The notes: generated by a model from the letters alone, not told the origin. Shown: positions 27,267-40,027, counted from the first letter of the whole stretch. The stretch is DNA of 63,484 nt, filler included, from Octopus bimaculoides (GCF_001194135.2; 7 parts of 6 records of this genome joined end to end with filler, not necessarily neighbours in it); one strand, 5' to 3'. A program made the numbers and translations.

Positions 27267-28572
27267 TTTGGTTGTCAAGTATGACATTTTTTGTAAGGTA
27301 TATAGTAAAATTTGGCAGCTGCTCATCTCATTTTGGATCATTATTATATTTTGACAATATTTATGTCTTGTTAGAAATCTGACACATCTATTTCTTTATT
27401 CTAATTCATTTTGCACATTATAAAGTATTTATAAATCATTTTATGCTATTTTTGTTTAGAGATGGATAAGTCAGAAATTCATACAGTTTTGAAATATGAG
27501 TTCTTTCTTGAAAATATAGCATCACAGACAGCTCGAAATATTAATGGAGTATTTCATTCTACTGTTATTACACAGCAGACAGTATCAAATTGGTTTGCAA
27601 AATTTCGTTCTGGTAACTTTGACCTCACAAATGAGCAACACGGTCAACCAGAAACAAAGGTGGATAATGACGAACTGAAAGCCACCGTCAAGTCAGATCC
27701 ATCTCAAAGTGCCTCTGAATTATTGTTGTTGTTGTTTGGTGTTAGCAAGCAAACAATATTGACTCACCTAATTCAGATTGGTAAAGTGAAAAAGTTGGAT
27801 AAGTGGGTTCCACATAAACTTATTGAAAATCAGAGACAGCAATGTTTGGAAGCCTGCATTATGCTACTCTCTCATCACAAAAATGAATCATATGAGGAGG
27901 AATGGATTCTATACAACAACTGTAAATGTTCAGCACAATGGTTGGACAAAGACGAACCACCAAAACACAGTCCAAAAAGCAAAATTCATCAAAAGAAGCT
28001 GATGGTGTGTGTTTGGTGGTGTGGTGTAGGTATGATCCATTATGATTTCATTAAACCTGGCTCATCAATCANNNNNNNNNNNNNNNNNNNNNNNNNNNNN
28101 NNNCAATCATGGCTGAAGTATACTGCAGCCAACTGGACCAAATGATGCAGAAACTTACATAAAAAAACAGCCTAGATTAGTCAACAGATCCACTCCTATT
28201 TTATTGCAAGACAATGCCAGACCATACATATAAAAATGACATTGGTAAAACTGTTGGAGTTGGAAGTTCTTCATGATCTACCATACTCACCTGATCTTGC
28301 CCCCACTGACTACCACTTCTTCCAGAATTTGGATAACTTTTTGATAGGAGAAGAATTTAATTCCAACGATGCTGTGAAACAGGCCTTCCAAGATTTTATT
28401 GACTCTAGATTGCCAGGTTTTTACAGTTCCAGGCTGGACAAGCTACCACTGAAATGACAAAAGTGTATTGACAATATGGAGGCATACTTTAATGAATAAA
28501 ACTATTCCTTGTGTTTATAAAACATTAGCAAACTTTTTTTCTTTTCTACAAATTTCATACTTGACAACCTAA
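27267..28572 (+). mobile_element. Near full-length mariner (Hsmar1/cecropia-like) with inactivated transposase
   Basis: TIRs tt(t/a)ggttgtcaagtatga at both ends, TA at the right. ORF 27462-28145 has WVPHKL, and downstream LLQDNARP and YSPDLAPTDYHFF. The first catalytic Asp region is deleted and there are in-frame stops. Confidence 0.92.
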
Positions 28573-28921
28573 TAAAAAAAAATAATGCTAATAAAATTAA
28601 AGTGAAAATCAAACAAATAGTGCATGTGTTTAATTGGCAAAAGATGACCATCCCCGAATATAACAATCTTCTGCAAAGCTTTTCCAGCAATGGATGATTT
28701 TTTATAATATAATATACATGCCCTGTTGGAACCAGATAGACTTACATGCATAATGTCTGAATAAAAGAAGGGTGAGTCATAACTGGAACCCCTATGAAAG
28801 TCAGTTTGCTTTCATAAAGCAGTCTAAAGAAATTATCCTCAGATGAAAGACTTAACTAAAATGCTGTCAACTGAGTGGATACCTCAGCTAGATGTAGATA
28901 AGGGCCAGCTGGAGGTGTTAT

Positions 28922-29322
28922 CCCTTTAGCATTCAAACCAGCAATATCTAGCCCAAATGTTCTACCTGTTTTATGTTCAAATCATCCAGATCCAGCCTCT
29001 CACACCTACCCTACAATATCCTTCTAAGAATAAGCAATCACATCAGATAATGGTTAATTCAAAACAATGTGGATAAGTAAGCATTAATTTGACAGGATAA
29101 TCTGAATGCTAAAGGGTTACACTGGCTGTATTTGTCCCAAATATTCTCTGTTTTATGACTAGGTTGACCTGATCCAACCTCTCACACCTACCCTACAATG
29201 TCATTGTAAAAATAAACAATCATATTGAAATCTCAAAGTTACAAGAAAATGCATGATAAATCCAAAACAATATGAATAAATAAGCATTACATCTGATAGG
29301 ATAATCTGAATGCTAAAGGTGT
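28922..29322. mobile_element. piggyBac-like MITE (28922-29116) followed by a tandem second partial copy
   Basis: ccctttagcattca...tgaatgctaaaggg TIRs with TTAA-like flanks. The internal sequence is repeated at 29120-29322. Confidence 0.7.
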
Positions 29323-29544
29323 TGAATTAAGTCTGCCACAGAAGCAATATAAAAAACAGTTGTGTTCTCATACAATTTCTCCTTACTGATTTTGCTCACA
29401 AAACTTTGATTGATCTGAAAGTATATTGAAATGCATGAGATCAAGAAAGATAATACTTCATTGGCTTTAACTGTGAGTATTCAGTTGTTCACCTCTGCTC
29501 AACCACTTTCTTGTAAAATTGGTTTCAAATTCTGGGGGAAGGAG

Positions 29545-29690
29545 TTAAGTCAGATACATTGACCCAGTGCTGAACTGGTACTTATTTTATCGACCAAGTG
29601 GAATTTGAACTCATAATGTAAAGACGGATGAAATGCCGCTAGCATTTTGCCTGGTGCAGTAATGATTCTGTCAGCTTGCTGCCTTGCTTT
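29545..29690 (-). mobile_element. Family-A SINE, internally deleted
   Basis: Consensus match. Confidence 0.7.
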
Positions 29691-30846
29691 CTTGTTAAAA
29701 TTAACAAGTGGCTGAGTAATCCATAGATACTTGTACACTTTAATGTAATGTTCAATCCAAATCAACATGGCACAGAGCATGTGGTAAGGCTGGTACTTTT
29801 AGATTAGTGGTACAAACTATCCAACAAGCTTCACACAATTTCTGTCTCTACAGTTTCGTCTAGAGGGTTTAGGATGATCTGAGGCATTGGTAAATGATGC
29901 TACACTTGCTCAAAATGCCAAGCACCAGTATGGAACCTAGGATCTCATCATTATCATGATCATGACAATGATTATCATCATCACCCTCACTATTACCATC
30001 ATCATCATCATTGTACATATCATTTGACTTGGTTTGTATGGCTTGATGGCCTTCCTTTGACCAAGCATTTCGCAGAGTGTAGAAAAGTTGAATAAAACAT
30101 CTGCAGAGCCCCATTCATTCTCTGCTCATTTGCAAATATGAAATATATACACATACATACATACATGTGTATATATGCATATATGGGTACAGGACATCAC
30201 CAACAGTAAGCAACATGAAATACGAAAACAAATGAGTTAAATACACAAATAGCGAGAGAAAAAAATGAAAAATAGGACATGTATATGTGTGTGTGTGTGT
30301 GTGCGTGTGTGTGTATGCATGTATATATTCTGTGTATTCTATGTTAAATGAAGAAATGGTGACGAGTGAAAATTCTGTAAATAGTAATGATAATTATAAG
30401 CTCAAAGTTTATAAGTATTCACTGTGTATTGGTTAAAAAAAAATGCTCTAATATTGGGGCGTATAATCTAATATATTGGGGCTAATATACATATATGTAA
30501 ACAGATGTCATAAATTCAATGTTGTATAATTTTTTCCACTTTTCCTTATACCTCTTCATATGTTTTTTCTGTTCTTTCTTAAAGAATAACACCTGAAACG
30601 TTAGATTCCTTTCTAAGTCACTTATGTTTCTTTCCTGGAGCACTCGCCTTGATTATACAGCTTTTTCAACGTTTTTTTTTTGTTTTCTTTGCTTTATGTT
30701 TTTCTGTCTTTTTCAGTCACATGCTTTCACTTGTCCGACTCCAAGCATTATTTGTTTCCTTGTCTCCCCATTGCCTCATAATCTTATTCTATTTGAATGA
30801 TTTATATATGTATGTGTGTATGAGTGTATGTGTGTCTGTGTGTTTG

Positions 30847-30906
<60 letters not shown>

Positions 30907-30916
30907 NNNNNNNNNN

Positions 30917-30954
<38 letters not shown>

Positions 30955-31489
30955 TAATAATTAAGGGTGCTACAAGTGGCACCAGCATGCTAAAAATAGC
31001 AGCCAGAAGACAATAATGTCCTTATGTATATTTTTATAATATAAATATGGATATGGATATGTGTGTATATGTGTGTGTGTAGATATATGTATATAGAGAT
31101 ATGTGTATGCATGTGTGTTTGTGTGTACGTGTGTGTGTGCGTGTGTATGTGTGCACATACATACCTCATTGGCACATATTTTGAGTATCCTATATGATAG
31201 CTGTAGACGCATTAAAATTGGTAAGTTATTTTTAATTATAATTCTGTTTATTTACTGTGTCATGATATAATCTGTCCATAATTTGCTATCAAATCTAATA
31301 ATGCTTACAAAGAAACAAAGAATGATTCAGGCTGAAGTCAAATTATGAAGAGAAATAGTTTAAGGCCAGAGTAATAACTTCAACAGGATAGCAGACATTG
31401 GCATAACAACAGCCAAACACACACACACACACACACAGATGTACACATACATGTATGTGTGTGTATTGCATATATGCTTATAAACATCA

Positions 31490-31800
31490 TCTTTATCATT
31501 TAATGTCTGTTTTCCATGCTGGCATGGGTTGAATGCTCTGACAGGAGCTGGTCAGCTGAAGAGTTGCCCAGGTTCCATATCTGTTTTGGCATGGTTTCTA
31601 CGACTGGATGCCCTTCATAATGCCAAGCACTTCACAGCATGTCCTGAGTGCTTTTATGCAGCACCAGCATAGGTGTTTTACGTGGTGCCAACACAAGTAT
31701 TTTTTACATGGCACCAGTACCCATGAGTCCACAAGATAGGGATTGCTCAGCTGAAGCAGGCTGCAGGGGACATGCATGTATGCAAAGAAAACCACGATTT
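31490..31800 (-). mobile_element. Family-D repeat, diverged
   Basis: ccatgctggcatggg..ctggatgccctt. Confidence 0.7.
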
Positions 31801-31932
31801 TACTTACCTTGGCATGTCTACTCAAACACAGCAAACTGCCAGGAGCCTCAGTCCCCTGTCATCCTTTCTGTGAAGCCCAGCATCTTAAGGTCCTTTTTCA
31901 CTACTCAATCCCACACCTTCCCCATGTTCCTC

Positions 31933-31969
<37 letters not shown>

Positions 31970-32339
31970 TGTTATCTGTATATATTAGAGTAGTATAGTT
32001 TTCATGAAGCATTGATGTACATAAATATTTTAAGCATTTCTTTGGAGCCAAGACAATGCAAGTTATAAAAATTTATAATCCAGGTCAATGGTTAATATTC
32101 CTGAAGAAGAGGTCCTAACACATGAAATATTAAAATGCCAGGTAATAGTACTAACCATCGACCGGCATAACAAATTTTCATAACTTGCATTGTATTGTGT
32201 TTTGGCTTTAGAAATAAATATTTAAGACATTGATTTATATATATATATATAAATATATCTTACCACACATCCATGCCTGTGTCTATATATATATTTGACT
32301 AAAAAACCTCTAAGGGCTTTTTAGTCAAAGGATTTTTAG

Positions 32340-32720
32340 TCATCAAAAGGGAACTGTAGAATATGGCTTAACACAAAAAAAGTCCTGCAGTCAATTTGTT
32401 CAACTAAAGCCCTTCAAAGTGGTGCTATAGCATGGCCACAGTCAAATGACAAAAGATATATATATTTTTTTTATATATATTTCGTATTATGTTTTGTTTA
32501 TTCTTTTATTCTTTTGCTTGTTTCAGTCATTTGACTGCGGCCATGTTATGGTACCACTTTGAAGGGTTTTAGTTGAACAAATCGACTGCAGGACTTTTTT
32601 GTGTTAAGCTTGGTACATATTCTACTGTTCCCTTTTGCTGAACCACTAAGTTACAGGGATGTAAACACACCAACATTGTTGTCAAACGGTGGTGGAGGAC
32701 AAACACAGACACAAACACAC
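32340..32720. mobile_element. Two composite-SINE bodies tail-to-tail (32340-32455 +, 32500-32720 -)
   Basis: catggccacagtcaaatgac versus gtcatttgactgcggccatg. Confidence 0.75.
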
Positions 32721-32724
32721 ACAC

Positions 32725-32790
<66 letters not shown>

Positions 32791-32792
<2 letters not shown>

Positions 32793-33856
32793 CAGGCTGA
32801 ATAAAAAGTAAGCAACATTTCTTAACTTCAAATTCATCGCAGTATATTTCAACAACATGGAAATTTTATTTATCAAAGGAAGTACCATTACAATCAACAC
32901 ATTTTTTGCCAATGAGTTACAAGTTTATTTTTTCTGGTAACATTAAAATCTGGAGTTCTGAAACTGATGAATTCTTTGAATGCACTTTCAGCTTCAGTTT
33001 GATTTTTGAACTTTTTCTCTCACAGGAAACCATCAAGGTGCTTGAAAAAGTGGTAGTTGGTAGGAGAAAGGTCTTGGGAATAAGCTGGGTGGGGAAGAAC
33101 TTTATAGCTGAGTTTCCATAACTTCTGGAACATCATTAGTGAAACGTGTTGTTGACTATTGTCATGAAGAATGATGGCCATCTTCTGTTGACCAGTCTGG
33201 GATGGAAGAGTAGCGGTTTTTCATTCATTTTGGCAATTTCATCGCAATATGTTTCTGCAGTAACTGTTTTTCCAGGTATTAAGAAGTTATAGTGGATAAG
33301 TCCAGCAGTACATCACCAAACAGTCACCATAACCTTCTTTTTGAAGAGCTCGGGTTTAGGAGAGGTTTTCAGTGCTTCATTTTGGACCAACCACCACAAA
33401 GAACGTTTTTTAGTATTGTACAGAATCCACTTTTCAATGCAAATTACAATATGGTCGAGAACTGGATCGGTCTGGTTACAGAGAAGAAGCAATGAGCAAA
33501 TTTCATATCTGCACATTTTCTGATTTTCATTCAAATCATGTGGTACTCATTTGTCAAAGTTTTTTGATTTTCTGATCGCATGAAAATGGTTGCAGGCAGT
33601 TTTCTGGCTAACTTGAAGTTCTTTTGCCAGTTCTAGAGTGGTTTTACATGGATCTTTCTCAATGACGGTCTTCAATTGAGATCACTCACTGGTCATTTCC
33701 TCACCAAATATTTTATTGATACCGCAAGCAGTTTCAGCTGTTTTACATCTTTTTTTTTTAAGTTGAATAACAAAATTGCTCAAATATTGTGCTCTGACAG
33801 TTCCATTTCAGATGACTGTAGCAATGGTGAAAAAAAAATATCATTGTTAAATTATT
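32791..33856 (-). mobile_element. Degenerate mariner transposase
   Basis: Minus translation includes KWILYNTKKRS..W, FKKKVMVTVW, HPAYSQDLSPTNYHFFKHLDGFL. The 5' end is cut by a linker. Confidence 0.88.
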
Positions 33857-33987
33857 NNNNNNNNNNNNNNNNNNNNNNNNNNNNNNNNNNNNNNNNNNNN
33901 TTAATTAATTAANNNNNNNNNNNNNNNNNNNNNNNNNNNNNNNNNNNNNNNNNNNNCACACGCACGCACACGGACACACATATATAT

Positions 33988-34340
33988 ATACGACGGGCTT
34001 CTTTCAGTTTCCGTCAACCAAATCCACCCACAAGGCTTTGGTTGGCTTGAGACTATAAAAGAAGACACTTGCCCAAGATGCCACGCAGTGGGACTAAACC
34101 GGGAACCATGTGGTTGGAAAGCAAGCTTCTTATTTCTCTATTGCCCACAAGGAGCTAAACATAGAGGGATTCGACCCCGAAAGAATGAAAGGCAAAGTCG
34201 ACCTCGGCGGAATTTGAACTCAGAACGTAACGGCAGACGAAATACCGCGAAGCATTTCGCCCGGCGTGTTAACCCTTCTGCCAGCTCGCCGCCTTACCAC
34301 ACAACCACACAAGCTTCTTACCACACAACTACGCCTGCGC
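33988..34340 (-). mobile_element. Composite SINE head region interrupted by a family-A SINE (34170-34292)
   Basis: Both consensus sequences are recognisable. Confidence 0.75.
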
Positions 34341-34607
34341 CTATATTTATATCTTTTGACATATTTGTTTATTTCATTGCTAAATTCTCGGCTGCAAGCA
34401 TATCAAAGTGGATCTTGTCTTTCACCATCGACACTTCAAATGTAAATATATCTATACAAGTTACGCTCTGGTCTACATCGCATCGACTAAATACTTCCAT
34501 AATATGTTGCCTTTTGCCGATGTTACAAATCATCATCAGCATTGATATCATCGTCTTTATCGTCGTCGTCGTCATCATCATCATCATCATCATTATTATT
34601 ATTATAA

Positions 34608-34810
34608 AAGCGACGAGCTGGCAGAATTGTTGGAGCGCCGGACGAAACGCTTAGCTGTATTTCGCCCGTCGCTCCGTTCTGAGTTCAAACTCCGCCGAGG
34701 TCGACTTTGCCTTTCATCCTTTAGGGTCGATAAAATGAGTACCAGTTGAACAATGGGGTCGTTATAATCGACTAGCCCACTCCCCCCAAAATTGCTAAAG
34801 TTTGAAACCA
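34608..34810 (+). mobile_element. Family-A SINE
   Basis: Consensus match. Confidence 0.85.
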
Positions 34811-34814
34811 TTAT

Positions 34815-35270
34815 TATTATTATTATTATTTTATGTTTGACTTTTGCTTTGCATTTGTACAAGTTGATTCCAAATGCACCCTGTGACTTCAAGAGACAAC
34901 AAGTTAGAAGTTTATGTTGGTGTTCTGCCTAGGGTGTCATATATTTGGTTTTGTACATAGTGTTGTTCTATTATTATTATTATTATTATTTTGATCTGCA
35001 TGTTTGTTACAGTAACTTGCCGAGACACACCCAGCACCCTGGGGCGAGTGAAGGATAAGAGATGTTACATTGTGACTGAAAGCTTGGGGAGGGGAAGTAG
35101 CGAAATATCTTCATGTAATACAACACATACATTTAAATGATTCGGGTTTTCTAAGGATGTGGGCAGTACTTGTCAGTACAATTGCTTCGACTTCTCTGAG
35201 ACATGGTTCTCCTGGGATATTATCTAGATGTTTCTGACATCCCTTTTTATCATACCTAGGGCACCTACAA
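34815..35270 (-). mobile_element. R4/Dong 3' end and UTR
   Basis: LGMIKKGCQKHLD..EAIVLTSTAHILRK followed by (AAT)n tracts. Confidence 0.7.
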
Positions 35271-35742
35271 CAACAAAAACTCAGAATCCGACACAGATCA
35301 AACGCTGAAATATTATGTAATCGATTATTTGGGAATAACTGATTGCTTTCAGTTTAATTATTATCACATTATTGTTTTTGTTTTATTTATGCAAGTTTGA
35401 TAAAAATTAATAACTAAAATGGCACTCACATATCTCTGACACGGTCTCTGTCTCTCTGTCTTTCTCTCTTTCTAACACACAGACACACAAACACCCGCAC
35501 ACACATACACACACTTTCTTTCTCTCTTTCTGTTTTTCTCTCACTCTCGCTCTTTCACTCTCCCGTTCCCTCTCTCACACGCATACACACTTTCTCTCTT
35601 TTTCTCTCTCTCTCTCTCACGTACACACACATTCACACGCACACACATTCACACGCACACACATTCACACGCACACACTTTCACACGCACACACACATTC
35701 ACACGCACACACACATATACACACTTTCACTGTCTTTCTATT

Positions 35743-35790
<48 letters not shown>

Positions 35791-36114
35791 NNNNNNNNNN
35801 NNNNNNNNNNNNNNNNNNNNNNNNNNNNNNNNNNNNNNNNNNNNNNNNNNNNNNNNNNNNNNNNNNNNNNNNNNNNNNNNNNNNNNNNNNCATGTGGTTG
35901 GTATGCAAGCTACTTACCACACTGCCACTCCTGCGCCTATCTCTATATCATTCAAAAGCATTCCTATTTAACTGTCTTTTTTCCAGCCATAGTAAAACGT
36001 TTAAGTTCCAGGTATTTCTTTAAAATCATTTTACGGTTCTTCTTTAATTGTTTTATTGTATTTCATCAAAACATGAGAGTTTAATTAATTTTTCTCCTTT
36101 CTTCCTTATTTCAG

Positions 36115-36174
36115 GTAAGTGCCTAGTCAATCATCCCCAAGATGTTATGCGTCTTTGTTCTTCACCAAAGAAAG
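36115..36174 (+). CDS. Candidate 60-bp exon of an unidentified gene, phase 1-1: (G)KCLVNHPQDVMRLCSSPKK
   Basis: Long pyrimidine tract tttttctcctttcttccttatttcag|, donor AAG|gtatgt, open frame, unique non-repetitive context. No homology recognised. Confidence 0.5.
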
Positions 36175-36730
36175 GTATGTCTGTTGCTGCACGTTTATTC
36201 CTAATCATTTAGGAATTGGAATTGATAACTTATTTATGTGCATTTTATATTCATTTATACATTATACACCTTTCCTTATATCAAATATTACCTAAACTAA
36301 CGTTTCATGTTTTACGACACATGCATGAAACTCTGAGTAACATCGAAGTTATTCATCACTGATTCCTGTTAATATATACTCTACATCTATTGTCTTGTAT
36401 GGAGTACTTTTCATCTTGCTTCTAAATGAAGACGTATCTATTTATAATTAGAGTTTAAGTGTATAAGCTCTAATTTATACAAGAGTTAAATATATATATA
36501 TAAGCTAAAGTAGCTGGTTTTAAAATCTCTGAACAAGATTCACATAGCAACAATACTAAACAGTAATGCTTGTTGCTATTTTTACGAAGCTGTTCCATGG
36601 GGTGGGGTTTAGTTCACAGGTGATCTAAACGATTAAATACGCTAGGTAAGTGGTGTAACGGATTATTAGGGCTCTAAGGTTATAGCCGAGACGGTAGTTA
36701 CGGAGCCATTGCAGATTTCCGATGCAGCGG

Positions 36731-36865
36731 ATATATAATTGTTAAACAGGACAGCAAACATTAAGGCAAGGCAAACATCTCAAGTCGTATACAATATTAT
36801 TATTGGAAAAAATAATATTCTATACGACTTGAGATGTTTGCTGTCCTGTTTAACAATGATATATA
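36731..36865. repeat. Near-perfect palindrome (MITE-like)
   Basis: About 55-bp arms, 8-nt loop, 17-nt insertion duplicating gcaaacat, TA flanks. Confidence 0.9.
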
Positions 36866-36983
36866 TAAACTCAGGTGAATATGGTACTTAAGTTGAGGCA
36901 CCAGAATTTAGTACGGTATTATCCATACAATTTCAAAGTAAGGTGATTAAAATCAAAATAAGCAACAAGGATATCCAGAGGTA

Positions 36984-37072
36984 ATGCAGTACGATCGTTT
37001 CAAGCAACTCCATTTAATTGAACAATGTAATCATTACATCAATTTAAAATGCAGAGCAATCCTCAGCTGCAC
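36984..37072 (-). ncRNA. Type I hammerhead ribozyme motif with long stem II and palindromic minimal helix III
   Basis: Minus strand reads TGCAG-CTGAGGA-[long foldable stem II]-GAAA-CGATCGT-A-CTGCA. Stem I is 5-6 bp and the predicted GUA cleavage lies between 36990 and 36989. The base of stem II is mismatched. Confidence 0.7.
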
Positions 37073-37233
37073 AAAGACATAGAATTTAATTAAATTAGAA
37101 CAGATGGACACATTAGTATAATTATACCTAAAATCTCCTAGAAGTTAAGGAGATAGACAAAGAACGTGTTGCCTCCACTGCAACATAGAATATTATATCA
37201 TATTACATTACAAGAAGTAATCCTTATATCCAA

Positions 37234-37396
37234 CTAAACATGCATGCCTTATTAGAACCGAATACTGCGTTATTAGTTTTGAGAGATCCTCTCATATAGG
37301 CTCTTGCGTGTGTGCATCGAGCGCCTATATGAAAGGGTCTCTCAGTCAAGGCTAATAAAGCAGTATTCAGTGTTCTTACAATGCATCCATGTTTAG
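37234..37396. repeat. Imperfect palindrome
   Basis: About 70-bp arms ctaaacatg..gaatactgc..tgagaga..catataggc. Confidence 0.85.
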
Positions 37397-37472
37397 CTGA
37401 ATATAAATATTACTATTTGGTACTAATACCGCTTCCGTCGTTAATAATTAATATTACATTACATTATATACA

Positions 37473-37665
37473 AGGCGGCGAACTGGCAGAAATGCTTAGC
37501 GGTATTCCGCCCGTCGCTAGGTTCTGAGTTCAAATTCCGTTGAGGTCAGCTTTATCTTTCATTTTTTTCCGGGGTCGATAAAATAAGAACCAGTTAAGTA
37601 CCGGGATCGATATAATCGGCTATCTCCCCAACCCAAAATTCCAGGCCTTGTGCCTATAGCAGAAA
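37473..37665 (+). mobile_element. Family-A SINE
   Basis: Consensus match. Confidence 0.85.
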
Positions 37666-37680
37666 AGGTTATATTATATA

Positions 37681-37718
<38 letters not shown>

Positions 37719-37955
37719 AGTTTATGTACACATATACATATCTGTGTGTTTTCTGTATTGATTTGTAGATATAATTTCGAGCGAAAATGTCTGCGAGAAG
37801 ATTACAAATCCTTAGATTTTTATTGAATTTAAGGAATGTGGCCATTTCGTGTCGTTTGCTGGAACATTTACACATTGTTACGAATAGCTTTCAACTTTTA
37901 CAGGAATTGTTCAAAACTGTTAGGTGGACAAACATCCTGCTTTTGTCGAGTATAA

Positions 37956-38027
<72 letters not shown>

Positions 38028-38096
38028 TTATCTTATATCAAGAATGGACCACTTAACTAATTACACAGCAAATTCAAATATAACGTATGTGTATGT

Positions 38097-38232
<136 letters not shown>

Positions 38233-38493
38233 GTATGTATGTATGTATATATATATGTGTGTGTAGATATATATGTGTGTGTGTATGTATTTATATATAT
38301 ATGTATACATATGTATATATATGTATATATATACACTTATATATATGTATGTATGTATATTACACGCACACGTACATACACTCGCTTATAAACCCACACT
38401 TTGTATTTCATTTTGGTCTCTTATTATTAGTTAAGTGGTGTATTCTTGATATAAAATTAGAAATAATTATCATGTTGTTGTTGTTGTTGTTAC

Positions 38494-38526
<33 letters not shown>

Positions 38527-38916
38527 CATTATTATTGTGTGTATGTATGTGTGTGTTGGTTTGTAAGACATTAATTAATTAACGTATGCATGTATGTATG
38601 TATGTATGTATGTATGTATGTATGTATGTATGTATGTATGTATGTATGTATATGCGTATGTGTACATATGTAGAGTTACTTCTGAGTCTATGCTCAAACA
38701 TACACTTAAATAGAAACAGCGATATAAAAACGTTTATTGAATTAAAGCTCGGATGGAATACTGCCACCCGGGTAGTATTCCATTCTGGGCCCTACATGAG
38801 ATTTGTAAAGTCTTAACAGCTGTTGGGAGCTGAAATACGTTCAGGCCCTAGAAATAAATCACTAATACTAGAAATGTGGTCCTTACTAGGCTTAAGGCGT
38901 GTTTTCGCCACAAGAA

Positions 38917-39172
38917 ATTATTATTATTATTATGGCCGGGTTCCGACAAGGGCCGCAGCAACAAAGTCCACCCGCCACAATTCTCGGCCCGTCATCACTG
39001 CCTCGTGATCCTGGATACATTCCAGGCCAATGTCTGCAAATGAAGTTGTCGATGTACGTGTAACGACGATTTCTTTTTCTTACGTCACCATAAAGTGGGT
39101 TCCACAAGATTAATTTGGATGCTCCCAGATTAGTAGGGTGGCGAACGCAGAGACCAGATAGGGTCGGTCTTT
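38917..39172 (-). mobile_element. RTE LINE 3' end with (TAA)n tail
   Basis: LSGLCVRHP..ASKLILWNPLYGDVRKRNRRYTYIDNF/ADIGLECIQD..MTGRELWRVDFVAAALVGTRP*. Confidence 0.85.
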
Positions 39173-39362
39173 TCTATCTCGTCCATCGCGACTTCTGCTC
39201 CGGTCTCGATCTCGGTCGAAGCCTCGGTCTCGATCTCGGTCCCTGTCACGATCCCGGTCGCGTCGAGATCGGTCTACCACACGACCTCTGCGTCTGTCAA
39301 GCACCCTCCTGTCAGGCTGATGAGATCTACATAATGAAACGAGTACATATATCACGTTAAAC

Positions 39363-39520
39363 CAGTGGCTCCCAACCAGGGTCCAATATAAGATTTTTAT
39401 GGGGTTCACACAAGCAAAATAATAAATTGGGTTTGAAGTAGCATCTTAGGGGGTCCATGAAAAAAACTTTGATTTAGATGTTTTTACTGCAAGATACAAC
39501 AAAATCTGTTTTAACACACG
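39363..39520. mobile_element. hAT-type MITE fragment
   Basis: Starts cagtggctcccaaccagggtcc and aligns to the reverse complement of 900-1020. Confidence 0.6.
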
Positions 39521-39584
39521 ATTTCACATCAAGAATTTAGCAAACCAAAATACCTAACTTAATTATTTACTTATCTTACCTAAA

Positions 39585-39783
39585 GCATCTTTGCCTGATC
39601 TTCGCGCTAACATTCGGCGGGTCTCCATAAAGGCACTCGTTTGTCATATGTTGCTGCCATTTTACATTTCGTGCCATTCGTAGCATCTTTGTGTAGCAGC
39701 CATTATCAAGTTGTTGATGTAAGTGTGACGTTTCCCTCTTCTTACATCACCATGAAGTGGGCCCCACATGACTAGTTTAGATG
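39585..39783 (-). mobile_element. RTE fragment spanning a tandem-duplication junction
   Basis: ASKLVMWGPLHGDVRRGKRHTYINNL is joined directly to the normally upstream GCYTKMLRMARNVKWQQHMTNECLYGD..KIRQR. Confidence 0.85.
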
Positions 39784-39874
39784 TTACAGATCTATATTTA
39801 AGAGATGAGGAATTATGTACATTATTTACATTATTTACATTTGACGGATATTTGTCGTCATCTTGTTTGTTGTT

Positions 39875-39920
39875 AGCACAACGTTTTGGCTGATATACTC
39901 TCCAGTCTTCATCAGGTGTC
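39875..39920 (-). ncRNA. Minimal hammerhead motif in the left arm of the twin element (G12 to A)
   Basis: Minus strand: GACAC-CTGATGA-A-GACTG..CAGCC-AAAA-CGTT-GTGCT. Confidence 0.55.
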
Positions 39921-39968
39921 TTGGGGAAATTTCGAACTGGGTTCTCATTCGTAAGGTACTTTTTTTGA

Positions 39969-40027
<59 letters not shown>

